A stretch of DNA of 64,000 nucleotides, from assembly GCA_046290225.1 (NCBI GenBank), contig JBKAGE010000035.1:448001-512000 (forward strand), in the 5' to 3' direction. This document shows, piece by piece, positions 9,128 to 17,342 of the stretch. Source of the DNA: Bradymonadia bacterium. Lineage in GTDB: Bacteria; Myxococcota_A; Bradymonadia; UBA7976; UBA1532. The position numbers were made by a program, and so were the translations under genes. Positions within the stretch are counted from its first letter, which is position 1, and the number at the start of each line of letters is the position of its first letter. The notes under the pieces are model-generated. The model was not told the DNA's origin. It did no database searches and saw nothing but the letters and a program-made list of their open reading frames with translations.

Positions 9128-12100
9128 TCAGGTGACGTGTTGCGCGAGGGCGTCGAGTTGAGCCACGAACCGGCTCGCAGGGCGATGCTGGGCACGGCGA
9201 TGTACCACCGAGACTGTGCGCGCGATGGCCGCTCGATGACGATCGATGAAACCTGGCCCCCGATCGTTGTCGGCGATCAGGGTGGTGACGGCGTCGAGGG
9301 TGGCGAAGGCCACACCGGGGTGCCGTCTGAAGACGCCAGCCACCAGCCCCGCCTCGAGATCGGGCAGCGCCCCGCTGGGTGCGGCGAGCAGCGTGTCGGC
9401 GATCCAGCCCACCACCTCTTCAGGCCGCCGACGCGCTTCGTCGTCGAGGGCGAGCAACAGATGACTCTGCAGCAAGGTGAGATGGGCCGCGTCGAGCATG
9501 TGCACGACGGGGCCGAGGGTGCCTCGACCCGTGGCATGGTGCTCGATCCACCCGCTGAGGGCCTCGATCAAGGCAGGTTGATCGGGTGAAGCTGTCAGCT
9601 GGGCGGCGATGAGGGCCACGGCACCTTCCATGCCGTCCTGGCTCCAGCCTCTCTCGGGGCTGAGATCGCCTGCTGCGCGCTCCAGGGTGCCTGTGAGCTC
9701 ACCGGCCTGGGCAAAGGGCACCAGACAGTTGAGGTAGGCCGGCCGCGAGAAGTCCCATCGGGCCCATCCGTCTTCATCGAGGGCGTCGAACCGCTCGGCG
9801 ATGAAGGTGGCCAGCGCGCGTGGATGCTCGGGTGCGCCCAGATGCACGGCGAGGCCGCCGGTGAGCACATCGCTCTGCCGAATGTGACTCGCGAGGCTCA
9901 ACCAGTAGAAGCCCGGCCCGTCGGCATCGGCGATGAGGCACTCGGCGAGGTGTCGGGCCAACAACTCAAGGGTGCCCTCGTCGAGAACCCCATGTTGGGC
10001 ATGGCCGATGAGCCAACGTTGCAGATCGTGTCTGAAGGCGGTGCCGCGGCGACGATCTGCTTGAGCGAGGGCCAGGAGAATGCGCACTCGATCCTGGTCG
10101 ACCGCCATGGGCTGACCTGGTGGATCGAGCAACGACAGATGCATCGACTGCAGCGGGCTCGGGCCGTCGAGATGCCGATCGATCCAGCGACGCACCACCT
10201 CGAACCGTTGCTCCGGCTGCTCGGGCCAACGTCCCAAGGTCGACCAGGCGTGTAGCAAGTGGCTGCGGACCTCAGGATAGGGGGTGTGCATGAGCCAGTG
10301 ACTCAGCGGCTCGCCGAGGGCCTCGATGCAGAGCGTACGGTGAGCGGCGCCTTCCGAGCCCACCAGCTCGTCGACGCGACCGATCATCCACCGCAACAGC
10401 GCCGCGAGCCCACAGGCGTATCGCCCAGCGCCTCGACCGCTCGCTGGGGCGCCAGAGACCGTGCGGTCGGGCAGGCCGTCGAAGCCACCGTCAGCGAGGC
10501 GGGCGGCGGCGAATCGGGTGAGCGTCTCTGTGTCGAGCAACCCGCGACGCCAGGCGCCGTCGAGCAGACGGCTGCGCTCGCGGATCAACCGCTCACCTTC
10601 GAAGGGCAACGTGATCACGATCACTGCCATCCAGGGCACCGAGTCGGGGTTGCGGCTGTTGGCTTGCACCACCGTGGCCCAGAGATCGTCGAGCGTCTCG
10701 GGGCTCGGCCCCGTGAAGAGCGCCCCTCGGGCCATCTCTTTGAGCAGGGCCAATACGCTCCGTACAGGCCCGCGCTCCGGACGCGCGGCGCGCTCAAGCA
10801 GCAGCTGGCCCGCCACGCGCTCGAGGCGCTCTCGGTAGAGGTGGCTCACGGGCCAGTCCCAGACACCGCCACCCACCGCTCGGATGAGGTGCAGATATCG
10901 GGTGGAGGCCACCTGAGCCTGGGGTGATCCTTCCGGGCCCTCGGGCTGGCCGATCAGGCGCAGACGCTCCGCTGCTTGTTGTGTCAGGCCCGGCTGGGCA
11001 GACAAGATCCCGTGAAAACTCAACATCGTGAGTCGGTCGAGATCAGCGCTGAGGGCACCGTCATGATGGGTCCAGCGATCCACCATGCGTCGACACATCG
11101 ACACGGGGGCCAGCAGACAGATCAACAGCTGTCCTCGCGCCCTCAATGCAGGATCGAGGGCATCGAGCATTTGCACTGGCTGATCTGCGAGGCGTTCGAT
11201 GGCTTTCAAGAGGCGAGCGCCGTTGTGTCGGGCGCTCAACGGATCAGCGCCAGAGGGTCGAGGCTCGGGGAGTGCGGACAAGGCCGAGATACGCAGCGCG
11301 AGATCGGCACAGAGCACTGCATCTCCAGGGGCCAGGGCGTCATCGTCGAGCAACGCGTCGACCTGCTGGGCCACTGCACACCATGGAGGGCGCTCGAGCA
11401 CGAGCCCACCTGCAGACCAGCCGTCCACTCGAGCCACAGCCCGAAGCGCGTTGTGATCGAGGGGATCAGCTTGGGTGATGTCGTGCAGACCTCTGCGGCC
11501 TACCCGACCTGCGGGGGGTGGCTCTGCCTGACGTTGCATGTGCAACATCTCGTCGAGGACCGCAGTGATCTTCTGCTCAGGGCCCAAATCCGAAGGTTGA
11601 GCAGAGAGATCGATGAGATCGACACCGCGTTGACGCCAATAATCTCTTTGAGTGGCCGAAGTGCGCAGATGCAGCGACCACGCCATGGGTACATCGTCGC
11701 CCAGCCGTTGACGGACCCAGTCCTGGATCGCCCTGAAGGCCGGATCGTCGAGGCTGAAGCCCACGAAGAGCACCCGCGACTCCACGAAGCAGCGGGTGAT
11801 GAAGACCTGGATCAGGCGGTGCCGCTCGGTATAGGCCAGAAAATCATCCCCGGAGATCACGATGTCTGCGGGGTTGCGTGCGAGGCAGCCGTTCATCTTG
11901 ATGATGCGGGGTGGCTGTCGAGGGCGGGCCAGATCACGGCCTTCGGTGACCACCTGAGGCACGATGTGGGCTTGCTCGAAGGCGCGCTCGAGCAGAGTGT
12001 CGAAGTTGGTGGTGATGATCTCCTGGAAGTTGAGCTCCACCACCCGGTCGTGCACCGCCCCCGGGATGTACTCAGCGTCGGGGATCGCCCCCATCACGGC

Positions 12101-12391
12101 GTTCACCAGGGCGTTGCGACCACGGGCTGCACGGAAGTAGTCGGCGATGCGCAGCGCGTCCTGCTCTTGAGCCAGATCGTCTTCGAGGCCAGCGCGGAGC
12201 TTCTCCACCAGTGACCACCAGCCTGGCAGGCGCTGATGACCACCATCTTTGCGCTTGGCGTTCATCGACAGCCCTGCCCCAGCGAAGAGGACCACTCGCC
12301 CACGGGCGAGCTCGGCCCCCAGCTCTCTCAGAGAGGCGCGCCCCTGGGCGTCGACGAAGTCGAGCATGGGTGTCTTGGTGGGGGTCGTCAT
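9128..12391 (-). CDS. SIR2-like (SIR2_2) domain protein with ~800 aa helical C-terminus; candidate defence protein
   Basis: VVLFAGAGLS, IITTNFD, IIKMNGC, VLFVGFSLDDP. Confidence 0.85.
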   Translation of the reverse strand: MTTPTKTPMLDFVDAQGRASLRELGAELARGRVVLFAGAGLSMNAKRKDGGHQRLPGWWSLVEKLRAGLEDDLAQEQDALRIADYFRAARGRNALVNAVMGAIPDAEYIPGAVHDRVVELNFQEIITTNFDTLLERAFEQAHIVPQVVTEGRDLARPRQPPRIIKMNGCLARNPADIVISGDDFLAYTERHRLIQVFITRCFVESRVLFVGFSLDDPAFRAIQDWVRQRLGDDVPMAWSLHLRTSATQRDYWRQRGVDLIDLSAQPSDLGPEQKITAVLDEMLHMQRQAEPPPAGRVGRRGLHDITQADPLDHNALRAVARVDGWSAGGLVLERPPWCAVAQQVDALLDDDALAPGDAVLCADLALRISALSALPEPRPSGADPLSARHNGARLLKAIERLADQPVQMLDALDPALRARGQLLICLLAPVSMCRRMVDRWTHHDGALSADLDRLTMLSFHGILSAQPGLTQQAAERLRLIGQPEGPEGSPQAQVASTRYLHLIRAVGGGVWDWPVSHLYRERLERVAGQLLLERAARPERGPVRSVLALLKEMARGALFTGPSPETLDDLWATVVQANSRNPDSVPWMAVIVITLPFEGERLIRERSRLLDGAWRRGLLDTETLTRFAAARLADGGFDGLPDRTVSGAPASGRGAGRYACGLAALLRWMIGRVDELVGSEGAAHRTLCIEALGEPLSHWLMHTPYPEVRSHLLHAWSTLGRWPEQPEQRFEVVRRWIDRHLDGPSPLQSMHLSLLDPPGQPMAVDQDRVRILLALAQADRRRGTAFRHDLQRWLIGHAQHGVLDEGTLELLARHLAECLIADADGPGFYWLSLASHIRQSDVLTGGLAVHLGAPEHPRALATFIAERFDALDEDGWARWDFSRPAYLNCLVPFAQAGELTGTLERAAGDLSPERGWSQDGMEGAVALIAAQLTASPDQPALIEALSGWIEHHATGRGTLGPVVHMLDAAHLTLLQSHLLLALDDEARRRPEEVVGWIADTLLAAPSGALPDLEAGLVAGVFRRHPGVAFATLDAVTTLIADNDRGPGFIDRHRAAIARTVSVVHRRAQHRPASRFVAQLDALAQHVT

Positions 12392-12762
12392 GGCCGACCT
12401 CCCAGCACCGCCAGCAGCTGCCGGGCGTCTTCTGCAGCTTCACGCTTGGTCACGATGGCTGAGGGGCGGACCCCCGCCGTCATCATCCGGTGGATGTGAT
12501 CCGCACTGGCACCGTACTTGGTGTAGAACGCCACGGGGATCTGCGGATCAAAGGCCTGCAACCAGGCCAGTACCTGAGGCCCGGCAGGCTCCATCTCGAA
12601 GTCGAGCACCACACCATCAGGGCGAAAGTCGTCGAGGAGCGCCCGCAAAGTCTCTTCGCTCTCCACCCAGCACAGCGACTCCACAGCGTGGCCGTCCCGG
12701 CCCAGGTAGAGCGCCAGGCGCTCGCTGGTGTCCGGCTCGTCGTCAATCAACAAAATGCGCAC
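12388..12762 (-). CDS. Single-domain response regulator receiver
   Basis: ILLIDDE, VVLD, FYT, TK signature; 4-bp overlap with the SIR2 start. Confidence 0.85.
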   Translation of the reverse strand: MRILLIDDEPDTSERLALYLGRDGHAVESLCWVESEETLRALLDDFRPDGVVLDFEMEPAGPQVLAWLQAFDPQIPVAFYTKYGASADHIHRMMTAGVRPSAIVTKREAAEDARQLLAVLGGRP

Positions 12763-12929
12763 TCAGCCCTCCAGTTGTGAGTCAGAGGTCTTGTCCCGCT
12801 GCGCTGTGGGCCCGTCAAGTGCACCATTGGACCACAGCGTCGTGACACCTCAGGTCAAACCGATTTTTTGGGCTGAGATTTCCTGCACTGAGGTTTCATG
12901 CGCTGAAGAGTGATCGCTGGATGGCGGCC

Positions 12930-13526
12930 TCAGCGACCGTACGTGGCCACGAGGCGGCCCACGGCGAGGGCGTGCTGGCCCACCATGAACCGGGCCACCA
13001 CCGGTGATGTCCCTGCTTCGAGGGGCAGTGATGCCACGTCGAGGGCCCAGACGTAGAACTGGTAGCGGTGTGTCCGGCCCATGGGCGGGCAGGGGCCCCC
13101 GTACCCTTCACCGCCATAATCCATGCGACCTTGCACAGTGCCCAACGCCGTCGAGGCTTCAGCGTCGGTGCCGAAGCCCTCGGGCAAAGACAGAGTGCTC
13201 GGCGGCACGTTGGCCACCCACCAGTGATGAAAGCCCACGCCCGTGGGGGCGTCGGGATCGTACAGCATCACCAAATAAGACTGCGTGCCCTCGGGGCCCT
13301 CACTCCAGCTGATCTCGGGGCTCACGTTGCCACCAGTGCAGCCAAAACCGTTGAAGACCGTGGCCTCAGGCATGACGAGATCTTCAGCGAGGGTGTTTGA
13401 GGAGACCTCGAGCGTGAACGCTTGCCCGGTGACCGGGTCGAGATCGTCTGAGGCGTGGGTGCTTTGTGTGGGGGCAGCGCACCCTCCGAGGAAGGCGAGG
13501 GCGATAAAGGCAAAGAAACGGCGCAT
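12930..13526 (-). CDS. YbhB/YbcL family (PEBP/RKIP-like) lipoprotein
   Basis: YDPDAPTGVGFHHW, YGGPCPP..HRYQFYVWALD; lipobox LGGC. Confidence 0.92.
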   Translation of the reverse strand: MRRFFAFIALAFLGGCAAPTQSTHASDDLDPVTGQAFTLEVSSNTLAEDLVMPEATVFNGFGCTGGNVSPEISWSEGPEGTQSYLVMLYDPDAPTGVGFHHWWVANVPPSTLSLPEGFGTDAEASTALGTVQGRMDYGGEGYGGPCPPMGRTHRYQFYVWALDVASLPLEAGTSPVVARFMVGQHALAVGRLVATYGR

Positions 13527-13658
13527 GGTGCACTCCTGGTCGTTAGGGTTCGCGGTGTTGCGAAGTGCACTCAGAGTGACCGCTCACATCGACATCCCGC
13601 TTGTGCGGAACGCCCAAAAAGTATGCAATTTGGCTCAAAGCACGATGAGCAGGTGATC

Positions 13659-14558
13659 ATGACCTCAGAGCAACGCGTCATCCGCATGCCCGACGATCTG
13701 GGCGAAGACACACCCCACGCGTGGCGGGCGAGCGACGAGGGTGTAGTGGTCTCGTATCTGAACACCGCGGGGCTCAGCCGCCAGCGCGTGCTCGTGTGTG
13801 CGCCGATGCTGGTCTACGTGCGCAGTGGCCGAAAGCAGCTCGAGCGGGGCGGGCAGGTGTGTGTGGTCGAAGCAGGTCAGGTGGTGTTGCTGCGTCGTGG
13901 TGTGCACATGATGACCGAGATCCTCGATGAGTATGGGCCGTATGCGTCGACCATCATGTGCGTGCACATGGGGTTTCTGCAGGCATTCGATGCGCGAAAT
14001 CCCGGCATATTCGGTGTGGATGCTGCCAACGACGTCTGGCCGATCATCGAGCCAGAGCCCTACCTGAAAGTCCTACTCGACGCATTGCCGGCCCAACTCG
14101 ATGCGCTGCCTCACGATCGACTCGTCGACTTGAAGGTCGAAGAAGCCCTCTTCGCCATGAGCTCAGGGCCAGCTCGGGGTTTCTGGGCTCAAGCCGTCTC
14201 CGAGTCTCGGGGAGACGGAGACGCGAGGTTGAGAGATACGGTGACCCGCCACGCCATCGCTGGGACGACAGTGGCGGAGCTGGCCACCTTGAGTGGTCGG
14301 AGTGTCTCAAGCTTCAAACGCGACTTCGTGCGGTTGTATGGCGTTTCCCCAGGGCGTTGGCTGTTGCAGCGACGTCTCGAGCATGCGGCGACATTGCTTT
14401 CCTCTCATGCGTGCAATGTCACCGAAGCGTGTTGGCAGGCGGGGTTCTCCGACGTGTCGAGCTTCATCCGAGCGTTCAAGCGGCAGTACGCCCGCACCCC
14501 CAAGCAGTTTCAGATGCAGAGTGCAGCTGCGAACCCCGACACTGGCATAGGAGGATAA
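13659..14558 (+). CDS. AraC family transcriptional regulator
   Basis: LATLSGRSVSSFKRDF...GFSDVSSFIRAFKRQYARTP double HTH. Confidence 0.92.
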   Translation: MTSEQRVIRMPDDLGEDTPHAWRASDEGVVVSYLNTAGLSRQRVLVCAPMLVYVRSGRKQLERGGQVCVVEAGQVVLLRRGVHMMTEILDEYGPYASTIMCVHMGFLQAFDARNPGIFGVDAANDVWPIIEPEPYLKVLLDALPAQLDALPHDRLVDLKVEEALFAMSSGPARGFWAQAVSESRGDGDARLRDTVTRHAIAGTTVAELATLSGRSVSSFKRDFVRLYGVSPGRWLLQRRLEHAATLLSSHACNVTEACWQAGFSDVSSFIRAFKRQYARTPKQFQMQSAAANPDTGIGG

Positions 14559-14563
14559 ACTAC

Positions 14564-15631
14564 GTGCCCGCCACGACCACCGAGCTGTTGCAGCGTCGCC
14601 TCGACAAGGCCCTCGATCGTCACGTCACCGGTGCCACCGTTGCGGTTCACCATCATGGTGGCCACCTGTCGTGGTCAGGGGGAGCAGGGGATCTACAGCC
14701 CGACGCGCCGTTCTTCATCGCCAGCGTCACCAAGCTCATGACCACGGCGTTGATTCTGCAGCTGATTCACCGAGGCGAGCTCGACTTCGAAGATCGGCTC
14801 GTCGACATCCTCGATCTCGACCTCACCGGGCTCCACACCTTCAAGGGCGTCGACTACACCGGTGAGATCACCGTGGCGCGGCTGCTCAGTCAGACATCAG
14901 GGCTGGCAGACTACTTTCTAGGCAAGGCGTCAGGGGGCGGCCTGACCCTCGAACGCCAGGTTCGTCAGGGGCAGGACCAGCGGTGGGATCTCGCACAGGT
15001 GCTTCAGTGGGCCCGAGAGCAGGGTGGAAGGTTTGCACCAGGCACACCGGGGAAGGCGTTGTACTCCGACACCAACTTTCAGCTGCTCGGGGCCATCATC
15101 GAGCAGCGGACCGGGCAGACCTATGCCGAGGTTTTGAACGCTCAGATCATCGAGCCTCTGTCTCTGAAGCAGACCTGGCTCTACACCGATCCCGAGGATG
15201 ATCGGCCTGCTCCTCTGCGAGATGGCCCTGCCGCGCTGGTGATCCCCAAGGCCATGGTGTCATTCGGGCCAGATGGGGGCATCGTGTCGACCTCGCAGGA
15301 GCTGGTGGTGATGGTGCGGGCCTTCTTCGAGGGTGAGCTGTTTCCCGCAGAGATGTTGGTGCCCCTGCAGATCTACCGCCGGGTCATGTTCCCGCTGGAG
15401 TACGGCACGGGGTTCATGCGGTTTCAGCTGCCTCGGTGGATGACCGCGTTCCAGGCGAGCCCCGAGCTGCTCGGTCACGCAGGCTTGTCGGGGGCCTTTG
15501 CCTTTTGTGATCCCAAATATGGCCTGTATTTCGCGGGTACGGTGAACCAGATCGCCCGACCCCAGAGGGCTTTCAAGTTGCTGCTGAGGATCCACAACAC
15601 AGTCATGGGCCACCTCGCGCCGCGGCGATGA
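14564..15631 (+). CDS. Serine hydrolase, beta-lactamase (class C-like) family
   Basis: SVTK, YSDTN, GHAG motifs; RBS AGGAGG before GTG 14564. Confidence 0.9.
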   Translation: MPATTTELLQRRLDKALDRHVTGATVAVHHHGGHLSWSGGAGDLQPDAPFFIASVTKLMTTALILQLIHRGELDFEDRLVDILDLDLTGLHTFKGVDYTGEITVARLLSQTSGLADYFLGKASGGGLTLERQVRQGQDQRWDLAQVLQWAREQGGRFAPGTPGKALYSDTNFQLLGAIIEQRTGQTYAEVLNAQIIEPLSLKQTWLYTDPEDDRPAPLRDGPAALVIPKAMVSFGPDGGIVSTSQELVVMVRAFFEGELFPAEMLVPLQIYRRVMFPLEYGTGFMRFQLPRWMTAFQASPELLGHAGLSGAFAFCDPKYGLYFAGTVNQIARPQRAFKLLLRIHNTVMGHLAPRR

Positions 15632-16187
15632 ACACCAGCAGGCGATCCCGCACATCTTCAGGCCACTGAGCGATGGTGATCTCGAAGCCGTCAAAGTCGT
15701 GGGCAAAGAGCGCCCGCGAGGCGTTTTCGAACCCTGGCTGGTTGCCAACGAGATCGGACATGAAGCTGTAGGCGGCGTTCACCGCCTGTTTCTGTTGTTC
15801 GGTGTCCCCAGCGGCCTTGCGCGCAGCCTCGACGAGTCGACGCAACGTCGCCGAAGCCCCGCCCCGTTGTTGCGAGAGCCAGTCCCAATGCCGGGGCAAC
15901 AGCGAGACCTCTCGAGAGACCACCCCCAACTTGGGCCGGCCCCGGCCACGTTTTTGCGGAGGCTCTGGTGTCGCCTCGAGTACCGCGGGGTGATCCACGA
16001 GGCGGGCGATGACTTCAGCCTCGGTGCCACGGAGATCGAAGTCGATGGGGTGCCCGGTGACGGCATTGTAGATGGCCAGTCGATCAGGCGGGTCGTCGCT
16101 CAATCGGCGTCGGGCGGCGGAGACCACCTCGGTGACCTCGCCGTGGGCGATGAGGGTGTGATCAGCGAATGCAAAACACTGCAGCAT
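15603..16187 (-). CDS. DUF2239 family protein
   Basis: GRGRPKLGVVSREVSLLPRHWDWL..Q.GGASATLRRLVE. Confidence 0.88.
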   Translation of the reverse strand: MLQCFAFADHTLIAHGEVTEVVSAARRRLSDDPPDRLAIYNAVTGHPIDFDLRGTEAEVIARLVDHPAVLEATPEPPQKRGRGRPKLGVVSREVSLLPRHWDWLSQQRGGASATLRRLVEAARKAAGDTEQQKQAVNAAYSFMSDLVGNQPGFENASRALFAHDFDGFEITIAQWPEDVRDRLLVFIAAARGGP

Positions 16188-16202
16188 GGCGCGCTCCTTT
16201 AA

Positions 16203-16236
16203 ATTACCCGGGTAATAATAATAAACACCGGGTAAA
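16203..16236. promoter_or_regulatory. Palindromic operator upstream of the DUF2239 gene
   Basis: Perfect ATTACCCGGGTAAT at 16203-16216 plus partial copy CACCGGGTAAA at 16226-16236, in an AT-rich gap. Confidence 0.65.
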
Positions 16237-16252
16237 AATCAAGCGCAGATGA

Positions 16253-16996
16253 TCAATCGATGATCCAGGCCCGCTCGTGGGCGAGATCGACCATCAGGCA
16301 CCCTGGCGCTGTTGCAGAGAGTTCACCCAGCAGTTGTCCTTCGGTGTTCCAGGCTGCCGAGCGGCCACCAGCGACGAAGTTGTCACAGGGGCCCACGCTG
16401 TTCACGAAGACCACGGGCAGACCAGAATCAGAGGCTGTTTTTCGGTAGTGGGCGTGAGCGCCGTCGATGGCGCGACCGGGCTTGGCGACGCTGGCGCCAT
16501 ACACCGTGGCGCCGAGGTCGACGGCTTGACGCGCGTGTTCGGGCTGGACTGATTCGTAGCAAATGGCAGGTGCCAGTCGATGCCCATGATGCTCGATCAG
16601 CACAGGCCCAGGGCCTGGCACGAAATAGGGCAGTTCGTCTGTGTGAAGCAGCTGTTTGGCATAGGCCCGTCTGGGCCGCCCGCCCTGCAGGATGATCATG
16701 CTGATGGTCACCCCCTCGATACCCTCGAGGGGAGCACCCACGGCGGTGACGACATCGAGCTCGGCGCTCCGTTGCTCGATGAGATCGAAGTGCGTGTCAT
16801 CGAGCTTCATGGCCAGCTCGGCGGCATCCTCGGGCTCATAGCTGACGAGTGACAATTCGGGGCACAACACCAGATCAGCCCCCGCCTTGGCTGCACGCTC
16901 GATGACGTCGAGGTGCAGGGCGAGGTTGTGGTCGAGATCGCGGCGTACGGGGTGCAGCTGTGCGAGGCAGATCTTCAATGGTTTTCGCCCTGTCAC
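16253..16996 (-). CDS. Carbon-nitrogen hydrolase (nitrilase superfamily)
   Basis: E-K-C triad contexts LCPEL, YAKQ, ICYES. Confidence 0.92.
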   Translation of the reverse strand: MTGRKPLKICLAQLHPVRRDLDHNLALHLDVIERAAKAGADLVLCPELSLVSYEPEDAAELAMKLDDTHFDLIEQRSAELDVVTAVGAPLEGIEGVTISMIILQGGRPRRAYAKQLLHTDELPYFVPGPGPVLIEHHGHRLAPAICYESVQPEHARQAVDLGATVYGASVAKPGRAIDGAHAHYRKTASDSGLPVVFVNSVGPCDNFVAGGRSAAWNTEGQLLGELSATAPGCLMVDLAHERAWIID

Positions 16997-17156
16997 ATAG
17001 GTTTCTCTTTGGCGCTTGTGCCCTGGTAGGGCCCATGCTACGCAGAGAACACTTCGTCAGGCCAGGACCAGGTCTAGCCATCTGGGCGGCGTTGCGCCGT
17101 CCTGGAGAATGCTTGGTCATGCCACACGAGGAAGGCTATTTCAGGATGTCCCTGAT

Positions 17157-17240
17157 CCCCGTAGATCCCTACGGCCCGGGGCGTCCTGAGGCAACTTCGC
17201 CAATCGCTGTTACGCACCCGGGCCGTAGGGATCTACGGGG
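17157..17240. repeat. 24-bp perfect inverted repeat (REP doublet-like hairpin)
   Basis: CCCCGTAGATCCCTACGGCCCGGG at 17157-17180 and its reverse complement at 17217-17240. Confidence 0.8.
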
Positions 17241-17342
17241 GGGAATCCAGTGAGCCTTCCACGTCCCAGGTCTTGAAGTAGCGACCCCTGGTCGACGAAG
17301 CGACACCCGAGCATGCACATGCTCGGGTGTTTGTGTATGTGC

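Noticed and set aside
12763..12929. LexA-like box upstream of the REC-SIR2 operon
   Set aside because: Only a poor partial match (CTGCACTGAGGTTTCA); no proper palindrome.
13958..14563. Long N-terminal extensions given in the ORF track (serine hydrolase, rpoN from 24849, EIIA from 30397, lptB from 24314)
   Set aside because: They overlap upstream genes in other frames; downstream starts have an RBS or stop-start coupling and match family lengths.
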